NCBI GenBank assembly: GCA_049967655.1
Contig: JBMFSH010000017.1
Coordinates: 1-58,570, forward strand
Source of the DNA: Acidobacteriota bacterium
Lineage (GTDB): Bacteria; Acidobacteriota; UBA4820; DSQY01
Reading direction: 5' to 3'
DNA: 58,570 nt
Position 1 is the stretch's first letter, and every line of letters starts with the position of its first letter. Shown here one piece after another: positions 37,524 to 46,243 of this stretch. The notes under the pieces are model-generated. The model worked only from the letters and a program-made list of their open reading frames with translations. It had not been told where the DNA came from and did no database searches. The translations under genes were made by a program, and so were the position numbers.

Positions 37524-39417
37524 CAGCAGGGAGCGCTTCGACGCCGCCGTGAGCGAGGCCCTCGCCGGCCGGGAGGGTCACAAGACCGAGATCCTGGTCT
37601 GCTGCGGCACGGGTTGCCTGGCCAACGGGAGCCAGAAGGTGGCCGAGGCCTTCGCGGAGGAGGTGGAGAAGCGGGGCCTTAAGGCCGGCGTCGGGCTCTT
37701 TACCAAGAAAACCGGCTGCCACGGCTTCTGCGAGAAGGGGCCGCTGGTGGTCCTCCAGCCCTCGGGCATCCTCTACACCAAGGTGGAGCCCCGGCACGTC
37801 CCGGACATCCTCGACAAGACGGTGGCCAAGGGAGAGCTGATCCCCCGCCTGCTCTACAAGGACCCCTCCACGAAGAAGCCCGTGGAGCGCTACGCCGAGG
37901 TCCCCTTCTACAAGAACCAGACCCGCATCGCCATGCGGAACATCGGCAAGATCGACCCCGCGGACCTGGGGGACGCCCTCGCCCACGGCGCCTACGCCGG
38001 CCTGGCCAAGGCCCTCTTCGAGATGACCCCCGAGCAGGTGATCGCGGAGGTCGAGAGATCGGGCCTGCGCGGCCGGGGCGGAGCCGGTTTCGTCACGGCC
38101 CGCAAATGGAAGGCCGCGCGAAAGGCCAGGGGAGAGAGGAAGTTCCTGCTCTGCAACGGCGACGAGGGCGACCCCGGGGCCTTCAAGGACCGCTCCATCA
38201 TGGAGGGCGATCCCCACTCGGTGCTCGAGGGCATGGTGATCGGCGCCTACGCCGTCGGGGCCCACGAGGGGTACATCTACGTCCGCGATGAGTACCCGCT
38301 GGCCGTGGTCCACCTCACGCTCGCCATGGCCCAGGCGCGGGAGGCCGGCCTGCTGGGCCGCGATATCCTGGGGACCGGATTCGACTTCGACATCCGCCTC
38401 TCGCGTGGAGGCGGCGCCTTCGTCTGCGGCGAGTCCTCGGCTCTCATGCGCTCCATCGAGGGCAAGACGGGCGAGCCGCGCCAGAAGTACGTGCACGCCA
38501 CGGAGCGGGGCCTCTTCGACTGCCCGACGGTCCTGAACAACGTGGAGACCTGGGCCGACGTGGGGGCCATCATCCAGAACGGGGGCGCCTGGTTCGCCGC
38601 CATGGGGACGGAGAAGTCCAAGGGGACCAAGGCCTTCTCCCTGGTGGGCAAGGTGAAGAACACGGGGCTCATCGAACTGCCCATGGGCACCACGCTCCGC
38701 CACATCATTTACGACATCGGCGGGGGAATCCTGGGCGACCGGCCCTTCAAGGCCGTCCAGACGGGAGGCCCCTCGGGCGGCTGCCTGCCCGAATCGCACC
38801 TGGACGATCCCGTGGATTACGAGAAGCTCACCGAAGCCGGTTCCATGATGGGCTCCGGCGGCATGATCGTCATGGACGACCGCACCTGCATGGTGGACGT
38901 GGCCCGCTACTTCCTGCGCTTCCTCGTGGAGGAGTCCTGCGGCAAGTGCGTGCCTTGCCGGGAGGGGCTCAAGCAGATGCTCGTCATCTACGACGATCTC
39001 GTGGCCGGGCGCGGCAGGCCCGGGGACATCGAGCGTATCGAGCGGCTCAGCGCGGGCATGCAGCTCGGCAGCCTCTGCGAGCTGGGCAAGAGCGCCCCCA
39101 ACCCCGTGCTCTCCACGCTGCGGTATTTCCGCGACGAATACCTGGCCCACATCGAGCGGAAGGCCTGTCCCGCCGGCATCTGCAGAGACCTCACGGCCTA
39201 CGAGATCCTGGAGAGCTGCGAGGGCTGCGGCGTCTGCCTCAAGGCCTGCCCCGCCGAGGCCATCACGGGGGAGAAGAAGGCCCTCCACGTGATCCACCAG
39301 GGCAAGTGCATCTCCTGCGGGGCCTGCTACGAGGTCTGCCCCACCGACGCCATCCGCTTCTTCCCCAAGGCCGAGCTGGCCCCGGCGGCGGCCGCAGGCC
39401 GCGGAGGTGCCTCATGA
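37513..39417 (+). CDS. NuoF/HydB-like FMN/NAD-binding subunit with extra N-terminal [2Fe-2S] and C-terminal 2x[4Fe-4S] domains
   Basis: CCGTGC..CHGFC, GRGGAGF, NGDEGDPG, FVCGE, NNVET, GGPSGG, CGKCVPCREG, two CxxCxxCxxxCP motifs. Confidence 0.92.
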   Translation: MRIDSRERFDAAVSEALAGREGHKTEILVCCGTGCLANGSQKVAEAFAEEVEKRGLKAGVGLFTKKTGCHGFCEKGPLVVLQPSGILYTKVEPRHVPDILDKTVAKGELIPRLLYKDPSTKKPVERYAEVPFYKNQTRIAMRNIGKIDPADLGDALAHGAYAGLAKALFEMTPEQVIAEVERSGLRGRGGAGFVTARKWKAARKARGERKFLLCNGDEGDPGAFKDRSIMEGDPHSVLEGMVIGAYAVGAHEGYIYVRDEYPLAVVHLTLAMAQAREAGLLGRDILGTGFDFDIRLSRGGGAFVCGESSALMRSIEGKTGEPRQKYVHATERGLFDCPTVLNNVETWADVGAIIQNGGAWFAAMGTEKSKGTKAFSLVGKVKNTGLIELPMGTTLRHIIYDIGGGILGDRPFKAVQTGGPSGGCLPESHLDDPVDYEKLTEAGSMMGSGGMIVMDDRTCMVDVARYFLRFLVEESCGKCVPCREGLKQMLVIYDDLVAGRGRPGDIERIERLSAGMQLGSLCELGKSAPNPVLSTLRYFRDEYLAHIERKACPAGICRDLTAYEILESCEGCGVCLKACPAEAITGEKKALHVIHQGKCISCGACYEVCPTDAIRFFPKAELAPAAAAGRGGAS

Positions 39418-40226
39418 TCACCCTGACCGTCAACGGAAAGACCGTCCGCGCCCGGGAGGGCTCGCCCCTGCTGGAGACCGTCCGCGCCGCCGGCGTCGAG
39501 ATCCCGACCCTCTGCCACCACGAGGCCTTGGAGCCGTGGGGGGGCTGCCGCCTCTGCCTGGTGGACGTGACGCGCCCCGAGTGGAACGACTGGGCCAAGA
39601 TGGTGGTCTCCTGCATGTACCCCGCCGAGGAGGGGCTCATCGTCCAGACCCACACGGAGCGAGTGGTGGAGACGCGCAGGGTGGTGCTGGATCTGCTCCT
39701 CGCCCGCTGCCCCGATACGCCTCTCATCCAGAAGCTGGCCCGCGAGCACGGCATCGAAAAAACCTCCTACCTGCCCAACCCCGAGCCCACGGACTGCATC
39801 CTGTGCGGCCTCTGCACGCGCGTTTGCGACCACATCGGCGTCTCCGCCATCAGCTCGGTGAACCGCGGTTCCGGCCGGGAGATCGCCCCGCCCTTCCACG
39901 AGGCCCCGCCCGACTGCATCGGCTGCCTGGCGTGCGCCGAGGTCTGCCCCACCTCCTGCATTCCCTACGAGACCTCCGACGCCAAGAGGACCATCTGGGG
40001 GAAGGCCTTCGAGATGGTGCGGTGCCCAAAGTGCGGCCGCGCCCACATCACCAAGGCCCAGGCCGACTTCTACGCGGGCAGGAACGGCGTCCCGCGGAGC
40101 TACTTCGAGACCTGCGACGCCTGCAAACGCCAGGAGATGGCCCACACCTTCAGCAAGCTTTCCGCGGGCGCCGGCGGGGGAATGGAAACAGGGAAACAGG
40201 GAAACAGGGAAACAGGGAGGCCATAG
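39414..40226 (+). CDS. NuoG/HydA N-terminal-like Fe-S protein with no catalytic domain
   Basis: IPTLC..GGCRLC..SC, CILCGLCTRVC, CIGCLACAEVCP, C-terminal CPKC...CDAC. Confidence 0.85.
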   Translation: MITLTVNGKTVRAREGSPLLETVRAAGVEIPTLCHHEALEPWGGCRLCLVDVTRPEWNDWAKMVVSCMYPAEEGLIVQTHTERVVETRRVVLDLLLARCPDTPLIQKLAREHGIEKTSYLPNPEPTDCILCGLCTRVCDHIGVSAISSVNRGSGREIAPPFHEAPPDCIGCLACAEVCPTSCIPYETSDAKRTIWGKAFEMVRCPKCGRAHITKAQADFYAGRNGVPRSYFETCDACKRQEMAHTFSKLSAGAGGGMETGKQGNRETGRP

Positions 40227-40335
40227 CCCCCCTCGGGGAGGCCCGGCCCACGGAGGCTCCGTTGCTCGCTTTCTTTGCACTCCTCACTCCTCACTGCTCA
40301 CTCCTCACTGTTTCCGCGCCAGCCGGGAGGCCACG

Positions 40336-40806
40336 ATGAACAGGATTTACCGCGTCATCATCGAGCGCTGCATCGCGTGCGGCAAGTGCGAGCTGGCCTG
40401 CGCCTTCGCGCACGGCAGCGAGGGCAAGCCCAGCAAGACCCGGATCAACATCTTCCGGCGCGGCCCCGAGCTGGGCACACCCGTGGTCTGTTTCCAATGC
40501 GACGACGCCGCCTGCGCCGCCATCTGCCCCACCCAGGCCTTGGTGCGCAACGAGGCGACCGGCGCCATCGAGATGTTGAGGGAGCGGTGCATCGGCTGCC
40601 GCCTGTGCGTGGCCGCCTGCCCCTTCGGCAACATGCTCTGGGACGAGGCCTACCACTGCGTCCAGAAGTGCGACCTCTGCGGAGGAGACCCCAAGTGCGT
40701 CCCCTTCTGCCCCACGCATGCCCTGGAGTACGTGCCGGCCGATGAGGCGGCCGCCAAGCCTCTGCCGCTGGTATGGGAGGAGGCGGGAGTTAGGGAGCCG
40801 AGATGA
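40336..40806 (+). CDS. 4x[4Fe-4S] DmsB/HycB/AorA-like electron-transfer protein
   Basis: CIACGKCELAC, CFQC..C..ICP, CIGCRLCVAACP, KCDLC..CVPFCP. Confidence 0.9.
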   Translation: MNRIYRVIIERCIACGKCELACAFAHGSEGKPSKTRINIFRRGPELGTPVVCFQCDDAACAAICPTQALVRNEATGAIEMLRERCIGCRLCVAACPFGNMLWDEAYHCVQKCDLCGGDPKCVPFCPTHALEYVPADEAAAKPLPLVWEEAGVREPR

Positions 40807-40873
40807 GGGGATGAGGGCATGAGGTCTCGCCCGATCCTCATTCCACCATCCATCATCCTCCAAGGAGCCGGCC

Positions 40874-41386
40874 ATGAGCGACCCAAAGGACCAGATCCGA
40901 GAGATTCTCAAGAAAGCCTACCAGATCGAGGTGGACGGCTACACCTTTTACTCCATGGCCGCCGACAAGTCCACCAAGCCCGCCGTCCAGGAGCTCTTCG
41001 ACAAGCTCGCCAAGGACGAGACCGAGCACAAGACTTACCTGCGCGAGGTAATGCGGCGCTACGAGGCCGAGGGGAGCGGAGCCTTCACGGTGGACCGGCG
41101 GGATCCCCAGGTCAAGGCCATCACCGATGCCATCTTCACCCAGAAGTTCAAGGAGCAAGCCCGCGGAGCGGCCTTCGAGCTGGGCGTCCTCTCCGTGGGC
41201 ATGCAGCTCGAAACCAACGCCATCGCCCACTTCTCCGCCGCCGCCGAGGCGGCCTCCGAACACGAGGTCCAGGAGTTCTACCGATTTCTCGCCCGGTGGG
41301 AACGGGGGCACTTCGAGGCCCTCCAGGCCCTCCACTCCCTCGTCCGGACCGACTTCTGGGAGCAGGGGGGCTTCGCGCCGTTCTGA
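40874..41386 (+). CDS. Ferritin-like/rubrerythrin-family protein
   Basis: E..GYTFY, DETEH, WERGH di-iron-type motifs. Confidence 0.85.
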   Translation: MSDPKDQIREILKKAYQIEVDGYTFYSMAADKSTKPAVQELFDKLAKDETEHKTYLREVMRRYEAEGSGAFTVDRRDPQVKAITDAIFTQKFKEQARGAAFELGVLSVGMQLETNAIAHFSAAAEAASEHEVQEFYRFLARWERGHFEALQALHSLVRTDFWEQGGFAPF

Positions 41387-41494
41387 GCCCAAGGCGGGAG
41401 GACAAGACTCGCCACCAAGGAACTGGGGATATGGAAGAAGACCCCTCCCCTGTCCCTTGTCCCTTGTCCCCTGTCCCTTGTCCCCCATCCCAGG

Positions 41495-41524
41495 TTGACA
41501 GGCTCTTTTCTGCCCATTTATAAT
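41495..41524 (+). promoter_or_regulatory. Consensus sigma70 promoter for the pilB operon
   Basis: TTGACA (41495-41500), 18-bp spacer, TATAAT (41519-41524). Confidence 0.75.
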
Positions 41525-41567
41525 GGATTAGTTATGATTTTTTTCTTGGGGAGGCCGGGAGCCTGCC

Positions 41568-43283
41568 ATGTCGGAACGCTTGGGGGAAATGCTCATCAAG
41601 GCGGGGCTGATCACGCAGAAACAGCTCCAGGAGGCCCTCCAGCTCCAGAAGACCAACGGGGGAAAGCTGGGCTATAACCTGGTCCGGCTGGGCTTTGCCA
41701 AGGAGGAGGACATCACCTCCCTCCTGTCGGAGCAGTACGGGGTCCCCGCCATCCACCTGGAGCACTTCGAGATCGACGAGTCCATCCTGAAGCACATCCC
41801 CTCGGACGTGGCGCAGAAGTACCTCGTCATCCCCATCGAGCGGACCGGGGCCACGCTCACGGTGGCCATGGCCGATCCCAGCAACGTCTTTGCCCTGGAC
41901 GACATCCGCTTCATCACCGGCTACCAGGTGGAACCCGTGGTGGCCGCCGAGGCCTCCATCCGGGAGGCCATCGCGCGCTACTACGGCTCCACCCACGAGC
42001 TCCAGCTCAAGGAGATCATGGACGAGATCGCCAAGGAGGAGGTGGCCGATCTCGAGGTGGAGGACGAGGAGGGGGAGATCTCCGCGGAGGACCTCGAACA
42101 GGCCAGCCAGGACGCCCCCGTCGTCAAGCTCTGCAACCTGATCTTAACGGACGCGGTCCGGAAGGGGGCCAGCGACATCCACGTGGAGCCCTACGAGAAG
42201 GACTTCCGGGTCCGGTTCCGCATCGACGGCGTCCTCTACGAGCAGCTCCGGCCGCCCATGAAGCTGCGGGAGGCCATCGCCTCCCGCCTGAAGATCCTGG
42301 CCAAGCTGGACATCTCCGAGAAGCGTCTGCCCCAGGACGGACGCATCAAGATGAGGATGAAGCTCGATAACAAGACCAAGGAGATCGACTACCGGGTCTC
42401 TACGGTCCCCTGCCTCCACGGCGAGAAGATCGTCATGCGGCTGCTCGACAAGGAGGGCCTCAAGCTCGACCTGACCAAGCTGGGCTTCGAGGAAGAGAGC
42501 ATGCAGAAGTTCGAGCGGGCCATCATGAGGCCCTACGGGATGGTGCTGGTCACCGGCCCCACCGGCTCGGGCAAGACCAACACCCTCTACTCGGCGGTGG
42601 GCCAGCTCAACAAGCCCGAGACCAACATCATGACGGCCGAGGACCCCGTGGAGTTCAACATCGAGGGTTGCAACCAGGTCCAGATGAAGGAGGCCATCGG
42701 CCTCAACTTCGCCTCGGCCCTCAGGGCCTTTTTGAGGCAGGATCCCAACATCATCCTGGTGGGCGAGATCCGCGACTTCGAGACGGCCGAGATCGCCGTC
42801 AAGGCGGCCCTCACCGGCCACCTCGTGCTCTCCACGCTGCACACCAACGACGCCCCCTCCACCATCAGCCGCCTCATGAACATGGGCATCGAGCCCTTCC
42901 TCGTGGCCACCTCCGTCCACCTCATCCAGGCCCAGCGGCTCGTCCGCCGAATCTGCAAGGAGTGCAGGGAGGAGGTCAAGCTGCCCCGCAAGGCCCTGCA
43001 GGACCTGGGCTACACCGACGAGGAGGTGGACACGGTGAAGGTCTACAAGGGGCGGGGGTGTCCCACCTGTAACAACAGCGGCTACAAGGGCCGCGTCGCG
43101 CTCATGGAGGTCATGGAGATGAGCGAACAGCTCAGGGAGATGGTCCTCATGGGCGCCAACGCGGTGGAGCTCAAACGGCAGGCCCTGCAGGAGGGGATGA
43201 TCACCCTCCGGCGCTCGGGCCTGGTGAAGATCAGCAACGGCGTCACCACCGTCGAGGAAGTGGTGCGAGAAACCGTCAGTTGA
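41568..43283 (+). CDS. pilB: Type IV pilus assembly ATPase with MshEN domain
   Basis: RLGEMLIKAGLIT..LQEALQLQ, GPTGSGKT, TAEDPVE, RQDPNIILVGEIRD, STLHTND. Confidence 0.96.
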   Translation: MSERLGEMLIKAGLITQKQLQEALQLQKTNGGKLGYNLVRLGFAKEEDITSLLSEQYGVPAIHLEHFEIDESILKHIPSDVAQKYLVIPIERTGATLTVAMADPSNVFALDDIRFITGYQVEPVVAAEASIREAIARYYGSTHELQLKEIMDEIAKEEVADLEVEDEEGEISAEDLEQASQDAPVVKLCNLILTDAVRKGASDIHVEPYEKDFRVRFRIDGVLYEQLRPPMKLREAIASRLKILAKLDISEKRLPQDGRIKMRMKLDNKTKEIDYRVSTVPCLHGEKIVMRLLDKEGLKLDLTKLGFEEESMQKFERAIMRPYGMVLVTGPTGSGKTNTLYSAVGQLNKPETNIMTAEDPVEFNIEGCNQVQMKEAIGLNFASALRAFLRQDPNIILVGEIRDFETAEIAVKAALTGHLVLSTLHTNDAPSTISRLMNMGIEPFLVATSVHLIQAQRLVRRICKECREEVKLPRKALQDLGYTDEEVDTVKVYKGRGCPTCNNSGYKGRVALMEVMEMSEQLREMVLMGANAVELKRQALQEGMITLRRSGLVKISNGVTTVEEVVRETVS

Positions 43284-43302
43284 CCCGTTCGCGGAGGGCC
43301 CC

Positions 43303-44454
43303 ATGACCGTCACGATCCATCAGTTGCTCAAGTTCTTGGTGGACCATGGAGGCTCCGACCTCCACATCACGGTCAACTCCCCGCCCCAGATCCGCCTCCA
43401 CGGTAAGCTCACCCCCATCGAGGGGACCAAGCCCCTCACGGCGGCCGAGACCAAGCAGCTCTGCTACAGCATTCTGACCGACCAGCAGAAGCATAAATTC
43501 GAAGAGAACCTCGAACTGGACCTCTCCTTCGGCATCAAGGGACTCTCCCGTTTCCGGGGAAACATCTTCAGCCAGCGCGGCGCGGTGGCGGGGGCCTTCC
43601 GGACCATTCCCTACGAGATAAGGGGCTTCCAGGAACTGGGGCTACCGATGATTGTGGAGAAGCTCTGCGAAAAGCCCCGGGGGCTCATCCTCGTGACGGG
43701 GCCCACGGGATCGGGGAAGTCCACCACGCTGGCGGCCATGATCGACAAGATCAACCGCGAGCGGAACGACCACATCATCACCATCGAGGACCCGGTGGAG
43801 TACCTCCACCCCCACAAATCCTGCCTGGTGAACCAGCGGGAGATCGGCTCCGACACCTTCTCCTTCAAGAACGCCCTGAAGAGCATCCTGCGCCAGGACC
43901 CGGACGTGGTCCTCATCGGCGAGATGCGCGACCTGGAGACCATCGAGGCGGCCCTGCGGATCGCGGAGACGGGCCACCTCACCTTCGCCACCCTGCACAC
44001 CAACTCCGCGGTGGAGACCATCAACAGGATCATCGATGTCTTCCCCAGCCACCAGCAGTCCCAGGTCAGGACCCAGCTCTCCTTCGTGCTTCAGGGGCTC
44101 CTCTGCCAGTCCCTCCTGCCCACGCGGGACGGGAAGGGACGTTGTCTGGCGGTGGAGATCATGGTGCCGAACCCCGCCATCCGTAACCTCATCCGTGAGG
44201 ACAAGGTGCACCAGCTCTATTCGGTCATGCAGACGGGCCAGTCGGGTCACGGCATGCAGACCTTCAATCAGTCCCTCGCCGACCTGTATCTGAAGGGAAA
44301 ACTCGACCTGGAGACGGCCTTAGCCCGGTCCTCCATGCCGGAAGAGCTCCAGGAACTGATCAACCGCAACATCACCTTGGGACAACGGCGCATGAACGCG
44401 CCCTCGCCGACTGCCGCGCCCCCCCGGGCGCCCATGCCGGTGCGTAAGCCCTGA
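43303..44454 (+). CDS. pilT: Type IV pilus retraction ATPase
   Basis: GPTGSGKST, TIEDPVE, LRQDPD, AIRNLIRE. Confidence 0.96.
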   Translation: MTVTIHQLLKFLVDHGGSDLHITVNSPPQIRLHGKLTPIEGTKPLTAAETKQLCYSILTDQQKHKFEENLELDLSFGIKGLSRFRGNIFSQRGAVAGAFRTIPYEIRGFQELGLPMIVEKLCEKPRGLILVTGPTGSGKSTTLAAMIDKINRERNDHIITIEDPVEYLHPHKSCLVNQREIGSDTFSFKNALKSILRQDPDVVLIGEMRDLETIEAALRIAETGHLTFATLHTNSAVETINRIIDVFPSHQQSQVRTQLSFVLQGLLCQSLLPTRDGKGRCLAVEIMVPNPAIRNLIREDKVHQLYSVMQTGQSGHGMQTFNQSLADLYLKGKLDLETALARSSMPEELQELINRNITLGQRRMNAPSPTAAPPRAPMPVRKP

Positions 44455-44480
44455 AGGCTTGGAACAGGGAGGGAGGAACC

Positions 44481-45683
44481 ATGCCCCAGTTCGAGTGGAA
44501 AGGCCGCAGGCGGACCGGAGAGACCATCGAGGGCGCCATGGCCGCCGACGACAAGGATGCCGTCATCGCGGCCCTCCGGCGCCAGCAGATCATCGCCACC
44601 AGGATCAAGGAAAAGGGCAAGGAGCTCGCCCTCCCCAAATTCGGTGGCGGCGTCAAAACGAAGGAGCTGGCCATCTTCACCCGCCAGTTCTCCGTCATGA
44701 TCGACGCGGGCCTCCCCGTCGTGCAGTGCCTGGAGATCCTGGGCTCCCAGCAGTCCAACAAGGCCTTCCAGCGCGTGCTCTTCGAGATCCGCGAGGACGT
44801 GGAGGCGGGCTCCAGCCTCCACGACGCCTTCAAGAAGCACCCCAAGGTCTTCAACGACCTCTACTGCAACCTCGTGGCGGCCGGGGAGGCGGGGGGCATC
44901 CTGGACACCATCCTCCAGCGCCTCTCGGTCTACATCGAGAAGGCCGTCAAGCTGCGCTCAGCGATCAAGTCCGCCATGATCTACCCCGTGGTGGTCGTCA
45001 CGGTGGCCATCCTCGTCGTGATGGTCATCATGTGGAAGGTGGTCCCCACCTTCGCCAACCTGTTCGAAGGCCTGGGCGCCCGTCTCCCCCTGCCCACCCG
45101 GATCGTCATCGCCATCAGCAACTTCCTGGGGCGCTGGGCCTGGCTGGTCATCCTCCTGGTCATCGCGGTGGCGATCACCATACGCCTCTACTACAGGACG
45201 CCCGGCGGCCGGTACACCATCGACAAGATCCTGCTCAAGGTGCCGGTCTTCGGCATCGTCCTGAAAAAGATCGCCGTGGCCCGCTTCTGCCGAACCCTGG
45301 CGACCCTGGTCTCCTCCGGCGTGCCCATCCTGGAGGGGCTGGACATCACCGCCCGCACCTCCGGCAACGCCATCGTGGAAGAGGCAATCATGAAGACGCG
45401 CAAGGCGGTGGAGGAGGGCAAGACGCTCACCCAACCCCTGGAGGAGTCCAAGATCTTTCCCGGAATGGTGACCCAGATGATCAACGTGGGCGAGTCCACC
45501 GGCGCCCTCGACGCCATGCTCGGCAAGATCGCCGACTTCTACGAGGACGAGGTGGACGAGGCCGTGGGCAACCTCATGTCCATGTTGGAGCCCGTCATCA
45601 TCGTCTTTCTGGGCATCACCATCGGCGGCATCGTCATCGCCATGTACATGCCCATGTTCACCCTCATCAACAAGATCCAGTAG
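44481..45683 (+). CDS. pilC: Type IV pilus platform protein (GspF family)
   Basis: FTRQFSVMIDAGLP, GEAGGILD, AMIYP, GESTGALD, AMYMPMF. Confidence 0.95.
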   Translation: MPQFEWKGRRRTGETIEGAMAADDKDAVIAALRRQQIIATRIKEKGKELALPKFGGGVKTKELAIFTRQFSVMIDAGLPVVQCLEILGSQQSNKAFQRVLFEIREDVEAGSSLHDAFKKHPKVFNDLYCNLVAAGEAGGILDTILQRLSVYIEKAVKLRSAIKSAMIYPVVVVTVAILVVMVIMWKVVPTFANLFEGLGARLPLPTRIVIAISNFLGRWAWLVILLVIAVAITIRLYYRTPGGRYTIDKILLKVPVFGIVLKKIAVARFCRTLATLVSSGVPILEGLDITARTSGNAIVEEAIMKTRKAVEEGKTLTQPLEESKIFPGMVTQMINVGESTGALDAMLGKIADFYEDEVDEAVGNLMSMLEPVIIVFLGITIGGIVIAMYMPMFTLINKIQ

Positions 45684-45816
45684 AGAGAAGCTAGAGAAGC
45701 CGAAAACCGATGGGGTGGGGAGGGGACGAGGCCGCGAGCCGCCTCCCTGCCCCTTCGCTTCGCCTCCCCGGACCACCCGCAAACCTTGGGAGCGAGGCGC
45801 GAGGGACTCTCATGAG

Positions 45817-45904
45817 GTATTCCGGCGACCGCAGGGAGTCCAGAATCGCCCCCTTCACCGGGAAACGGTGCGATCCTGGACGCGCTTCGCTTGCCAGGAT
45901 GACC
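45817..45904 (-). repeat. GTCATCC...GGAAT palindromic dispersed element (copy 2)
   Basis: Shares GTCATCCTGGCAAGCGAAGCGCGTCCAGGATCGC and GATTC.GGACTCCCT.CGGTCGCCGGAAT with 335-430. Confidence 0.85.
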
Positions 45905-46243
45905 ACCCGTGGGGGAGGCTCTCGGCCGCGCAGGGCGGTAAGGAGGGGGGCGGCCGAGGTGGGGCTGGCGCCCCGCCCGCCGGTCGGTCAATGGTTCACG
46001 CTGGCGCGGGTGTGGCGATCCCCAATTGCTCGATGGAGGCATAACGCTTTGGATAGGCGCCCCGCCGCGACCCCGGGAGAGCCCGAGACCGTAGGGAGGT
46101 TGCCCGGAACGGCCGGTCGCGCCGGGGCGGCGCTCCACCGCGCGGCATTCGATCGCGGAATCGGCGGCCTGCGCTGAACTTCCCAACCTCCGCCTCCGCG
46201 CGCTATCATTTTCTCCATGACGATGGCCGGGAATCCCTAAACC

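Noticed and set aside
33998..41386. Selenocysteine read-through of TGA stops in the redox operon, prompted by selA
   Set aside because: Each TGA falls at the expected protein end and is followed by repeats or the next start; none replaces a motif cysteine.
46013..46030. Sigma54 promoter-like TGGC...TTGC upstream of pilS
   Set aside because: GG-to-GC spacing is 12 nt rather than the required 10.
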